From positions 1,952,001-2,016,000 of the forward strand of contig OZ245002.1 of the NCBI GenBank assembly GCA_965223415.1: 64,000 nt of DNA. Reading direction: 5' to 3'. The notes under the pieces were generated by a model. It saw nothing but the letters and a program-made list of their open reading frames with translations. It had not been told where the DNA came from and did not search any database. Every line of letters begins with the position of its first letter. Position 1 is the stretch's first letter. A program made the position numbers and the translations under genes. Shown in pieces: positions 1 through 9,103 of this stretch. The stretch comes from Myxococcota bacterium (GTDB lineage: Bacteria > Myxococcota_A > UBA9160 > UBA6930).

Positions 1-1
1 C

Positions 2-649
2 GCCGGCGCGTGGAACTTCAGCGAGCAGATCTTCGGCTACCTGCTCGAGCCGGCGACCCAGGCGCTGGGCGACGGCGGGAAGCTCCAGGCCATCGCACCG
101 ACGGAGATCTTCTTCACCTATCTGAAGTGCGCGCTCCTCGCGGGCTTCGTGTTCGCGTTGCCCGTGATCTTCTGGCAGCTCTGGGCGTTCATCGCGCCGG
201 GGCTCTATCCCTCGGAGAAGAAGGTCGCCTTGCCCTTCGTGGTGTGCTCGACCCTGCTCTTCGCCGGCGGCGGCGCCTTCGGCTACTTCCTCGTCTTCCC
301 GCTGGTCTACGACTTCTTCGCCGGCTTCAGCAGCAGCTTCGTCGAGTCCGCCTGGACCATGAAGGAAGTCTTCTCCCTCACGACGCGGCTCCTGCTGGCC
401 TTCGGCACCGGCTTCGAGCTACCGGTGCTGGTCTTCTTCCTCTCCGCCGCGGGCATCGTCGACCCGAGCCAGTTCATCGGCGGGCTCAAGTACGCGGTGC
501 TGGTGTCCTTCGTGTTCGCCGCCGTGCTCACGCCCCCCGACATCGTGAGCCAGGTGCTGCTCGCGGTGCCACTGGTGGTGCTCTACGTGCTGGGCGTCGG
601 CGTGGCCTACCTGTTCGCGCCGAGGAGGGACGACGGTGGCTCCGGGTGA
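2..649 (+). CDS. tatC: Twin-arginine translocase subunit TatC (5' partial)
   Basis: Frame is open from the window edge; motifs PTEIFFTYLK, WQLWAFIAPGLYPSEK, FELP, LTPPD; multiple TM helices. Confidence 0.95.
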   Translation, partial: AGAWNFSEQIFGYLLEPATQALGDGGKLQAIAPTEIFFTYLKCALLAGFVFALPVIFWQLWAFIAPGLYPSEKKVALPFVVCSTLLFAGGGAFGYFLVFPLVYDFFAGFSSSFVESAWTMKEVFSLTTRLLLAFGTGFELPVLVFFLSAAGIVDPSQFIGGLKYAVLVSFVFAAVLTPPDIVSQVLLAVPLVVLYVLGVGVAYLFAPRRDDGGSG

Positions 650-1770
650 GGCCCGCCCTGGGCCACGATGAGCACCAGGTCGTCCCCGGCCACCCGATCG
701 CGGGTGGAGTCCCGGAGCCGGTTGGGGCCGAGCGAGTAGAGCGTGAGGCGCCTTCCGCCGTCGCGGCTGCACGCATCGCGCACCCAGTAGGGTGAGCTCC
801 AGGGGTCGAGGACGTACTCGGCCCGCACCGGATCGAGACCGCGCGTGGTGAGTTCGCGGAAGCGCCCGCCCGCCAGGGCGGCTTCCGATTGGCGCGCGGC
901 GAGGCGATAGACGCGCTTGTGCTGGCCGCAGCGCGTGCGCACGCGGCCCGCGCGGAAGTCGCGGGCCAGGGCCGCGAGCTCGGACCGTGCCGCGTCCAGC
1001 GCTGCGGGATCGGAGGCCCGGCTGCGCGACCAGCCGGTGGAGCCGGCCGCCAACAGGAGCACGACCGCGGCGGTCGCCAGCGACACCCGGGCCGGTGCCC
1101 GCGCCCGGCCGCGAGCGAGCCGGAGCAGGGAATCGGCCGCCAGACCGATCCCGAGCAGGAGCTCGACCCACTCCCCCGTGAAGCGGAAGGGGTAGACGGC
1201 GTACAGCGCCGCGGCGCCTACGAAGCCGAGTGCGACACCGGGAGCGGGCGCCTCGATGCCCAGGCGTCGACCCGTGTCCCGGAGCCGGCCGACCCGCACG
1301 AAGAGGGGGAGACCGAGCCCGTAGCCCAGCAGCACGACCTGCAGGCCGAGCTGGCGCAGGTCCTTCGGCAGGACGTTGTGGAGGTTCAGCTCCTGCTGGT
1401 CATTGTGAGCGAGGAAGTAGTCGGGCGGCTGGAGACCGAGGAGCCGTTGCCCCCAGGAAATCTCCTCGCCGGCCACGACGAGGCAACCGAGCGACGCCAG
1501 GGCGGGGAAGACGAAGGACCAGCCGGAGGCCCGGAAGGCGAGGACGCCGAAGGCTCCCGCCGCGGCGACGAGGCTCCAGACGGTGGCCCACTCGACGGGT
1601 CCGTCTTCCTGGAGCAGGCGGTCGTGGAGCTCGGGAGCGAGGGTGTGGAGCAGGCCCGCGGCGAGGACGACCGCCACCGCGAGGAGGCCGACCGCGTGCT
1701 CCGTCCGAAACGCGAGGACGGGGCGCCCGAGCCTTGCCGGCCGGACACCCCGCGGGTTCGCCGACACCAC
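607..1770 (-). CDS. Multi-pass membrane protein with C-terminal GspG-like periplasmic domain (paralog 1)
   Basis: Hydrophobic helices; EDGPVEW and GEEISWGQRL..PDYFLAHN.QQE..HN motifs; C-terminal DPWSSPY...YSLGPN; alignable by eye with 8036-9094. Confidence 0.75.
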   Translation of the reverse strand: MVSANPRGVRPARLGRPVLAFRTEHAVGLLAVAVVLAAGLLHTLAPELHDRLLQEDGPVEWATVWSLVAAAGAFGVLAFRASGWSFVFPALASLGCLVVAGEEISWGQRLLGLQPPDYFLAHNDQQELNLHNVLPKDLRQLGLQVVLLGYGLGLPLFVRVGRLRDTGRRLGIEAPAPGVALGFVGAAALYAVYPFRFTGEWVELLLGIGLAADSLLRLARGRARAPARVSLATAAVVLLLAAGSTGWSRSRASDPAALDAARSELAALARDFRAGRVRTRCGQHKRVYRLAARQSEAALAGGRFRELTTRGLDPVRAEYVLDPWSSPYWVRDACSRDGGRRLTLYSLGPNRLRDSTRDRVAGDDLVLIVAQGGPHPEPPSSLLGANR

Positions 1771-1774
1771 CTAG

Positions 1775-3044
1775 CAGGCTGCTGAAATTCGGCGCTGAGA
1801 GGCGCCAGAACGCCAGAGGGCGCGGGTCCCCGCGGCCCGCTCGGCTCGCTCTTCGATCCCGGAAGTGATCCGGGGTACCTCGTCTCGATGCAGGTGCGTC
1901 ATGTGACCTCTACGAGGTTGCGTATGCGGACCAGGTTGTAGACCGCCGCCGTGAAGACGAACATCCACCCGACCCGATCCGTGCCCCGGTGACGCGTCTT
2001 TCGCATTCCCCCGACCGTCTTCATCCAACCGAAGCACTCCTCGATCCGCTTGCGTTTGTGCTGGCTGATCGCGTAGCCCTCGTGACGGACCGTGCGACCG
2101 TCGATCCGGCTGGCCCGATTCGTCGTGTGCTGCGCCACGTGCGGCGTGATGTTGCGCTTCCGGCAGCCCGCCACGAACTCCTCGGTGTCGTAGCCCTTGT
2201 CCCCGCCCAGCGTGATCCGGCGCCTTCCCGCCACGTCCTCCGCCATCTCCAGCGCTGCCAGCCGCTCGGCGTAGCCATCGGCCTCCGTCAGCAGCGCCGA
2301 GACGATCAGGCCGTTGCGGTTCTCCGTCAGCAGATGGCCCATGTAGGCCAGCTGCGAGGTCTGGCCCTTCTTGCGCGCCAGCCGCGCCTCGGGATCCGTC
2401 GTCGATTCGTGCGTCGCGTTGCTCCGCCGCTCTCCCCGAAAGTTCACCGTCGGGTTGCCCGGATCGTCGTCTCCGTCGTCCCCCGAGCCGTCCTTCGCCC
2501 GGAAGCTCTTCTGGCTCGCCCACGCCTCGATCAGCGTGCCATCCACCGTGAAGTGCTCCGACGACAGAAGGCCGTGGTCCTTTCCCTGCGCCAGCACCGC
2601 CTCAAAGAACGCCTCCGCCACGTCCCCTTCCAGCAGCCGGTCCCGGTTCTTCGTGAAGACCGTCGGGACCCAGACCGCATCCTCCATCCCCAGCCCTACG
2701 AACCAACGGAACAGCAGGTTGTACTCGAGCTGCTCCATCAGCTGGCGCTCACTCCGGATCGAGTAGAGCACCTGCAGCAACAGAGCCCGCAGCAGCCGCT
2801 CCGGTGGGATCGACGGCCGGCCCGTCGACGCGTAGAGCTCCGAGAACCGCCGAGACAGGCCCCTCAGCGCCTCGTCCACCATCGCCCGCATGGGGCGAAG
2901 CGGATGATCCTCCGGAATCCGCGTCTCCAGCGAGACGTAGCTGAACATCGAACCCTGCTCTCGGTCGCTGCCGCGCATCCTCTCTCCCCCCGACCCATCT
3001 TCTACCATCGAGAACACGGAAACGCAGGGTTTTTCAGCAGCCTG
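1775..3044 (-). mobile_element. IS5-family insertion sequence, about 1270 bp, apparently intact
   Basis: 13-bp terminal inverted repeats CAGGCTGCTGAAA (1775-1787) / TTTCAGCAGCCTG (3032-3044), flanked by CTAG at 1771-1774 and 3045-3048 (target duplication); single transposase ORF. Confidence 0.92.
1899..2978 (-). CDS. IS5-family DDE transposase
   Basis: MRGSDREQGSMFSYVSLE start, GRPSIPPE, YNLLFRWF, VDGT, GDKGYD, KRKRIEECFGW; purine-rich RBS before ATG 2978. Confidence 0.93.
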   Translation of the reverse strand: MRGSDREQGSMFSYVSLETRIPEDHPLRPMRAMVDEALRGLSRRFSELYASTGRPSIPPERLLRALLLQVLYSIRSERQLMEQLEYNLLFRWFVGLGMEDAVWVPTVFTKNRDRLLEGDVAEAFFEAVLAQGKDHGLLSSEHFTVDGTLIEAWASQKSFRAKDGSGDDGDDDPGNPTVNFRGERRSNATHESTTDPEARLARKKGQTSQLAYMGHLLTENRNGLIVSALLTEADGYAERLAALEMAEDVAGRRRITLGGDKGYDTEEFVAGCRKRNITPHVAQHTTNRASRIDGRTVRHEGYAISQHKRKRIEECFGWMKTVGGMRKTRHRGTDRVGWMFVFTAAVYNLVRIRNLVEVT

Positions 3045-5033
3045 CTAGCGCCGGCGTGACCGACGGCGCCGCTTCTTCTTGCGCTTCTTGCGCTCCTTCT
3101 TCGTCAGTTTCTTCCCGGTGGGAGCCACGGTCGCCGGCTGCACCCGGCACTGGCGGTCGCTGTTCTTCGTGTCCACGGTGCCGGCCGGCCAGCTTCCCGT
3201 GCCGGACGAGACGTCGACGCGCACCGCGCGCGGCGCCGTCGCCACCGCGGCCGTGAGCAAGAAGTCTCCACTCGGATCGACCGTCCCGTTCGCCAGCTTG
3301 GCGCCCGAGTCGGCGTCATAGGCGTCGGCACTGCCGCCGGGCGGGCCGGCCTTGCCCTTCACCTCGAGGGTGCCGCAGGACCACCAGGCCGATCGGGCAT
3401 GGCTGGCCACCTCGACACCGCACTTCGCCGGAGCGCCGCGCACGCTGATCTCGGTGCTCGCCGGTGCGTCGATCCCCACCGTCACCGAGCACGGTGCCAT
3501 GAAGGGCATGAGCAAGATCATGAAGTCGCCGGCCTGGTCGCCCCAGCCGTAACCGAGGAGGGCACCGCTGTCGCCGTCGAACACGGCGATGCGCTCGCCC
3601 GGGTTGGCGCCGTGGCCCGTGACGGTCAGCGAGCCGAGGGACGAACGCCAGCGCCGAGCCCACGCGGGATCCGCGAAGTCGAGCATCCTCGGCTTGTGGG
3701 GGCCGGCGGTGCTCGGCTCGGCGCTGGGGGCCGAGCTGGAGTCCGAGTCGTCCGAATCATCGGAGTCGGCATCCGCGTCGCCATCGGAGTCCTCGGAATC
3801 CGAGTCGTCCCCGGACTCGTCGTCCCCGAAGCTCCACCAGGCGTCGTCCAGGACCAGGTTGCCGGACGTGACCGGATCCGTCGCCTTCATCTGGAAGGTC
3901 TCACGGGCGGACTCGACCGGGCTGCCGTCGTCGCTCACCGTGACGGTCACGGAGAAGCTGGCCGCCACGCTGGGCGTCCACAGGATCTCGGCGGTCCCAT
4001 CACCGAAGTCGGTGTAGGTGGCGTCCGCGGGGAGACCGCTGAACGCGTAGCCGAGGCCATCCTGGTCCGGGTCCGTCGCCGTCAGCAGCACCTGGAGGGT
4101 CATGCCCACGAGGACGCTGCGGTCGCCGACCGGCGTCAGCATCGGCGGACGGTTCACGTTGCCCACCGTGAGGGTGAAGCCCTCGGTGGCGCTCAAGGAA
4201 GGCGTGCCGTCATCGGTCGCCGTGGCCGTGAGGGCGTGGTTTCCGGCGGCGCCCGGCGTCCAGTCGAAGCTGCCGGTGCCGTCGCCGTTGTCGGCAAAGT
4301 TCGCGCCGGCGGGCAACGGGCTCACGTCGAGGGTGAGCATGTCGCCGTCCGGGTCGGTCGCGGATACGGCGATGCTCACCGGAACGCCGATGGACAGGCT
4401 CTGGTCGGCGATCGCAGTGATGGCCGGCGGCTGGTTGGCCGCCTGACCGACGCTGATCGTGACGACCTCCATCGCCGTCGCCATCGGAACGCCGTCGTCC
4501 GTCGCGTTGAAGGTGACCTGGAAGCTCCCGACCTGGCCCGCCCCCGGCGTCCAGGTGAAGGTGCCGGTGCCGTTCCCGTTGTCGGTGAACTGATGCCCGT
4601 TCGGGCCGTTGGCCACCGCGAGGGCGATGCCGTGGCCGTCGGGATCCCTCGCGCTCACCGGGATGGTGAGGAGCATGCCCTGGGTGGCGGTCTGCGGGCC
4701 GATCGCCGCGAGGACCGGCGGGTTGTTGGCGACCTGCGGGCAGAAGACGCTGTGATCGCGACCACCCCGGTCCCAGGCGTCCCCCTGGGCGCTCACATTG
4801 CCGCTAGACGGGAGGTTCGCGGGGAAGGGACCGTTGTTGTGACACAGCTTGCACTCGTTGAAGAACTCGTTGGGGTCGACGAGATCGGCGAAGGGCGTCG
4901 TCCCGGAGGTCGACGAGCAGAAGGCGTCGACCGCGGGGCCGTAGCCGGGGTCGTCCTTGGCCTGGGCCGTCACCGCCACGAAGAGCGCACACAGGAGCGC
5001 TGCCGTGGTGCGCTGGAGAGACGAGCGGAGCAT
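3045..5033 (-). CDS. Secreted protein with a CxxCH heme motif, three Ig/cadherin-like repeats, a D/S-rich linker and a polybasic tail
   Basis: Signal peptide (..ATAQA-like AxA); ECKLCH; three N(N/Q/R)PP...A(R/T)DPD...W(T)P...(T/S)DDG repeats; tail KKERKKRKKKRRRRSRRR; GGAGG RBS. Confidence 0.8.
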   Translation of the reverse strand: MLRSSLQRTTAALLCALFVAVTAQAKDDPGYGPAVDAFCSSTSGTTPFADLVDPNEFFNECKLCHNNGPFPANLPSSGNVSAQGDAWDRGGRDHSVFCPQVANNPPVLAAIGPQTATQGMLLTIPVSARDPDGHGIALAVANGPNGHQFTDNGNGTGTFTWTPGAGQVGSFQVTFNATDDGVPMATAMEVVTISVGQAANQPPAITAIADQSLSIGVPVSIAVSATDPDGDMLTLDVSPLPAGANFADNGDGTGSFDWTPGAAGNHALTATATDDGTPSLSATEGFTLTVGNVNRPPMLTPVGDRSVLVGMTLQVLLTATDPDQDGLGYAFSGLPADATYTDFGDGTAEILWTPSVAASFSVTVTVSDDGSPVESARETFQMKATDPVTSGNLVLDDAWWSFGDDESGDDSDSEDSDGDADADSDDSDDSDSSSAPSAEPSTAGPHKPRMLDFADPAWARRWRSSLGSLTVTGHGANPGERIAVFDGDSGALLGYGWGDQAGDFMILLMPFMAPCSVTVGIDAPASTEISVRGAPAKCGVEVASHARSAWWSCGTLEVKGKAGPPGGSADAYDADSGAKLANGTVDPSGDFLLTAAVATAPRAVRVDVSSGTGSWPAGTVDTKNSDRQCRVQPATVAPTGKKLTKKERKKRKKKRRRRSRRR

Positions 5034-5169
5034 GGGTCGATTCCTCCCGAAGCCGGGTTTGGCGTCGCACCGTGCGTTCGGAAGGACCTCTCTCCGCTGT
5101 GGTGATCGGGCGCACCCCGGTCGCGATTTGCGGCCGCACGCCTCGAAGCTTCATCTTCCGTGCAGGAGA

Positions 5170-5191
5170 CCTTTAGATTGCCTTCAGAAAG
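5170..5191. promoter_or_regulatory. Candidate OmpR/PhoB-type tandem binding box
   Basis: 11-bp direct repeat CCTTTAGATTG/CCTTCAGAAAG (8/11 identical) in the divergent gap between the response regulator and the heme/Ig gene. Confidence 0.45.
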
Positions 5192-5209
5192 CGGTCGTAG
5201 GATGTGCGC

Positions 5210-5899
5210 GTGAAGGTCCTGTACGTGGAGGACGACTTGGAAGCGCAGGCCTTCGTAGGCCGGGCGCTGGGCGAGAGTGGGTTCGTCGTGGACCTCGCTG
5301 GCGACGGCGCGGCGGGTCTCGAGCTCGCGGTCCGCGGGGGGCACGATGTCATCATCCTCGACGTCCGTCTCCCCGACATGAACGGCTTCGACGTGTTGCG
5401 GGAGCTGCGCGGGAGCGGCGACGAGACTCCGGTGATCTTCCTGTCCGCGCAGGGCGAGGTGACGGATCGCATCGACGGGCTCAACCTGGGCGCGGACGAC
5501 TACCTGACCAAGCCGTTCGCGTTCGCGGAGCTCCTCGCCCGCATCCGCGTGATCGAGCGGCGTCTGCTCCGGGTGGGCAACGACGACACCATGCGGGTCG
5601 CGGACCTCGAGGTCGACGTAGGTCGGCAGGCTGTGCGGCGCGCGGGCCGGAGCATCCACCTGACCCCCAAGGAGCTCCAGCTTCTCGAGTACCTGATGCG
5701 CAACGAGGGCTACGTGGTGTCCCGGACGATGATCGCGGAGAAGGTCTGGGGGCAGGGCTTCGAGAACTACTCGAACGCGATCGACGTCCACGTGAACAAC
5801 CTCCGGCGCAAGGTCGATCGGGATTTCAGGCCGAAGCTGATCCACACGCGCAAGGGCGTCGGCTACGTGATCGAGGACCGCTCTTCCGAGGAAGCCTGA
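5210..5899 (+). CDS. OmpR-family response regulator (CusR/CopR-like)
   Basis: MKVLYVEDD, IILDVRLP, GADDYLTKPF, winged helix with IDVHVNNLRRK and GVGY; start GTG 5210 (alternative 5204). Confidence 0.93.
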   Translation: MKVLYVEDDLEAQAFVGRALGESGFVVDLAGDGAAGLELAVRGGHDVIILDVRLPDMNGFDVLRELRGSGDETPVIFLSAQGEVTDRIDGLNLGADDYLTKPFAFAELLARIRVIERRLLRVGNDDTMRVADLEVDVGRQAVRRAGRSIHLTPKELQLLEYLMRNEGYVVSRTMIAEKVWGQGFENYSNAIDVHVNNLRRKVDRDFRPKLIHTRKGVGYVIEDRSSEEA

Positions 5900-7293
5900 T
5901 TCTCCTCGGCCGGCAGCCAGACCCGGAAGGTCGTTCCGACGCCGACCCGGCTCTCGACCTCGATGCGGCCGCTGTGGGCCCGCGCGATCTCGTGGGCGAT
6001 CGCCAGGCCGAGCCCGAAGCCCGGCACCTTGCCCTCGGCCCCGCCCCGCTCGAAGCGATCGAACACCATCTCCAGATGCTCGGGCGCGATGCCCGGCCCG
6101 TTGTCGACGATCTCGAAGGCGAGCCCGTTCTGCTGCCAGGACCCGCGGACGCGGATCGCGTCGCCGGGCCTCCCATACTTGATCGCGTTGTCGACGAGGT
6201 TCGAGAAGAGCTGGCGGAGCCAGGTGGGCTCACCGCGAACGAGGGCGTCGGGCACGGATTCCAAGCGGAGACCGATGCCCCGATCCTCGGCGAACGGCTC
6301 GAAGAACGCGTGGAGCGTCTCGAGGAGCGGCCGGATCTTGACGCGGGCGACGCGATCGGGATCGAGCCCCGCCCCCGAGCGCGAGAGCTCAAGCAGCCCG
6401 TGAACGCCCTGGGCGAGCTGGTGGGTCTGGGCGAGCAGGTAGGTCAGGACCTCGCGGTACTCCTCGGGCGTGCGCGGCTTCTGGAGGGTGGCGTCGATCT
6501 GGCCGCAGATCCGGTTGAGGGGGGTGCGGATCTGGTGGGCGGCGTTGGCATTGAAGCGCGCCATGCTCTCGATGCCGCGGCGGATGCGGCGGATCATGGC
6601 GTTGAGCGCGCTCGCGAGCCGATCGATCTCGTCGCCGGAGCCTCTCGTCGGGATCGTCTCGAGCAGGTTCGAACTGGTGATGCGCTCCGCCGTCGCCGTG
6701 ATCTGCGAGACCGGGCGAAGGGTACCCCGGGCGAGGACCCAGCCGAGCACGGCGGTGACCAGCACCATCAGCGGGGCCGAGAACATGAGCACGTCACGGA
6801 CCTGCTGGAGCGCGGCCTCGTAGCGTTGGGTATCGATCGCCACCTGGAGCATGCTGCCCGGCGCGCCCGTTGCCACGACGAGGAACGGGTGCTCGCCCCC
6901 GAGATCGACGGTCCGGAGCACCTGCGAGGCGTCGTCCCCGATCTCCGCCCAGGGAGGCGCCGGCCCACCGGCTTCGAGCGAGCCCGCCGCGGCCAGGCGC
7001 TCGCCGTCCTCCCCCACCAGCTCGATGCCCATGCGCAGGTCGGTGGGCGCCTCGCGGACCGTGCGCTGGATGCGCGCGCGGAACCACTCGAGGGTCTTTT
7101 CGGCGCCGTGCTCTTCGGTCTGGGTGTGCAGCGAGTCGCGAAGGTCCCGGGCCTGGATCTCGGCAACGAGGCGCGCCTCGCGATCGATCCGGACCGCCAT
7201 CTGCTGGTGGACCAGGAAGCCGAAGATCCCGAGCGCGAGCAGCACGGCCAGCCCGTACTGCAGCGCCCAACGTGCGCCGATCGTGAGCTTCAG
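5863..7293 (-). CDS. HAMP-containing sensor histidine kinase (CusS-like)
   Basis: Two TM helices, HAMP, H-box AHQIRTPL, N-box NLVDNAIKY, DNGPGI, GFGLGL; start uncertain (CTG 7293 proposed, ATG 7356 alternative). Confidence 0.9.
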   Translation of the reverse strand: MKLTIGARWALQYGLAVLLALGIFGFLVHQQMAVRIDREARLVAEIQARDLRDSLHTQTEEHGAEKTLEWFRARIQRTVREAPTDLRMGIELVGEDGERLAAAGSLEAGGPAPPWAEIGDDASQVLRTVDLGGEHPFLVVATGAPGSMLQVAIDTQRYEAALQQVRDVLMFSAPLMVLVTAVLGWVLARGTLRPVSQITATAERITSSNLLETIPTRGSGDEIDRLASALNAMIRRIRRGIESMARFNANAAHQIRTPLNRICGQIDATLQKPRTPEEYREVLTYLLAQTHQLAQGVHGLLELSRSGAGLDPDRVARVKIRPLLETLHAFFEPFAEDRGIGLRLESVPDALVRGEPTWLRQLFSNLVDNAIKYGRPGDAIRVRGSWQQNGLAFEIVDNGPGIAPEHLEMVFDRFERGGAEGKVPGFGLGLAIAHEIARAHSGRIEVESRVGVGTTFRVWLPAEENQASSEERSSIT

Positions 7294-7526
7294 AGCGGGT
7301 CTCCCTGCATCCTCCGGGGAGGATACGCCGGCCTGCGGCTCGCATGAAGCCAGCATGAGGATGGCGCCAGGCGCTGCGTGAAGAAGTGCCGACGCGCTGC
7401 TCTCGGATCGGGCATCCTGGGCGGTTCGGTGAGCCGGGTCACCGTACCGACCCTTTCACCTGGACGATGTTCCGTGACGCCGCTCGCGTTCCCATGCGCC
7501 CGCACCCAAGAGAAGGAGAGCCCACC

Positions 7527-7985
7527 ATGAGACGTTCCCTCACCCTCGCCGCGATGCTGCTCGTCGCCTGCGCCCTGGCGACCGGCCCGGCATTCGCGAA
7601 ATCCAAGAAGCACTGGAGCCGCTACGACGCCACGCTGGTGTGCGACGTCGCGGCGACCACGGTGGTGGTGCACAATCCGTCCAAGGTCGACATCACGGTC
7701 ATCGCGCGTTTGACGGACGCGATGGGCGACACCCAGCAGGCCTTGAGCGTGCCAGCGGAGGGCCTGACCTCCTTCGACTGCACCAGCACCGGCGTCAACA
7801 CGACCGGCATCCTGAGCTTCGAGGGTCCCGGCATCCTGCACGCCACGGCCACCTACGTGGGCGCCGGCGGCTCCGTCGACGTCGAGCGGCTCGTCCCGAT
7901 CCGCGTGAGCGGCAGGCACGGCCCCCGAGACGATTCCGACACCGGCGATTCGGACAGCGCCGCGGGCGATCCGAACCCCTCCTGA
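7527..7985 (+). CDS. Small secreted hypothetical protein
   Basis: AAGGAG RBS; signal peptide ending PAFA; two Cys in the mature part; acidic DDSDTGDSDS tail. Confidence 0.75.
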   Translation: MRRSLTLAAMLLVACALATGPAFAKSKKHWSRYDATLVCDVAATTVVVHNPSKVDITVIARLTDAMGDTQQALSVPAEGLTSFDCTSTGVNTTGILSFEGPGILHATATYVGAGGSVDVERLVPIRVSGRHGPRDDSDTGDSDSAAGDPNPS

Positions 7986-8035
7986 TCCGATCCCCTTCCC
8001 GTTCCAGCGGGCCCGAGGAGCCGATTCCCTGGGTG

Positions 8036-9094
8036 CTAGGGCTCCTCGGGCTCCGCGACCCACTCGAGGATCGTCTCGGCCACGTCGTCGGGACGAACCT
8101 CGGCGCGGGTGGAGTCGCGCCTGCGGTTCGGGCCGAACGAGTAGACGCGGATGCGGCGGGTCCCGTCGTCCTCGCAGCGATCCATCACCCAGTAGGGCTG
8201 AGCCCAGGGGTCGAGGAACCAGCGGGCCCGCTCCTCGGGCAGGCCGGGAAGCGAGGCGAAGGCGCCGTCCTTCAGGCCCTCGAGGCCGTCGTCCACGATC
8301 ACGTGGTAGAGGCGGCGGTGCAGCCCGCACTCGGTGCGCAGGCGCCCCTCGCGCCAGTCCTCGTGGAGTGCGGCCAGCTCCGCGGCCGCCTTGTGGCCGG
8401 CGTCCGGGTCCTCGGGGCGTAGCGCCGTGAGCGCGGCCGGCGTCGCCGCGGCGAGGAGCACGACACCCGCCACGGAAGGCAGGAGTGCCGTAGCTGCGGG
8501 CAGCGCGCCGACCAGGAAGCCGAGCCCCATGGCGAGCTCCACCCACTCGCCGACGAAGCGCCACGGGTAGGCGACGTAGAGCGCCCAGGTGGCGACGAAG
8601 CCCACGGCGAGCGACGCGGGCGGCGGCACCACGCCGAAACGCTGCAGCAGCGGCCGCACGCGCTGCCACCGCCCGAGCAGCGGGAGCAGCAGCCCGTAGC
8701 CGAGTAGCACCGCCTGCACCGCCAGCTTGCGCGTGTCGTCCCCGATCGTGTTGTGCCAGGTGAACTCCTGCTGCTCGTTGTGCGCGAGGAAGTAGTCCGG
8801 CGACTGGAAGCCGAAGAGCCGCTGGCCCCAGGAGATCTCCTCGCCGGCCACGACGGCGCAGAAGGTCGCGAGTGCAAGGCCGTAGGCGACCGCCAGGCCG
8901 CGGCGCGAGAGGCCCAGGTGCAGGTGAACACCGGCCGCGACCAGGAAGGCCCAGACCGTGGCCCACTCGACGGGACCGTCCTCCTGGGACACGCGGTAGT
9001 AGGCGTCGGGCGACGCCGCCTGGAGGACGCCGCCCGCTGCGAGCACGGCGAGGAGCAGGGCGGGCCCGAGCCACGAGGACGCGCGGTCGGCCAT
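8036..9094 (-). CDS. Multi-pass membrane protein with C-terminal GspG-like domain (paralog 2)
   Basis: Same motifs as 607-1770: EDGPVEWAT, GEEISWGQRL, RF.GEWVEL, DPWAQPY...YSFGPNRRRDST. Confidence 0.78.
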   Translation of the reverse strand: MADRASSWLGPALLLAVLAAGGVLQAASPDAYYRVSQEDGPVEWATVWAFLVAAGVHLHLGLSRRGLAVAYGLALATFCAVVAGEEISWGQRLFGFQSPDYFLAHNEQQEFTWHNTIGDDTRKLAVQAVLLGYGLLLPLLGRWQRVRPLLQRFGVVPPPASLAVGFVATWALYVAYPWRFVGEWVELAMGLGFLVGALPAATALLPSVAGVVLLAAATPAALTALRPEDPDAGHKAAAELAALHEDWREGRLRTECGLHRRLYHVIVDDGLEGLKDGAFASLPGLPEERARWFLDPWAQPYWVMDRCEDDGTRRIRVYSFGPNRRRDSTRAEVRPDDVAETILEWVAEPEEP

Positions 9095-9103
9095 GGTCGG
9101 ACT

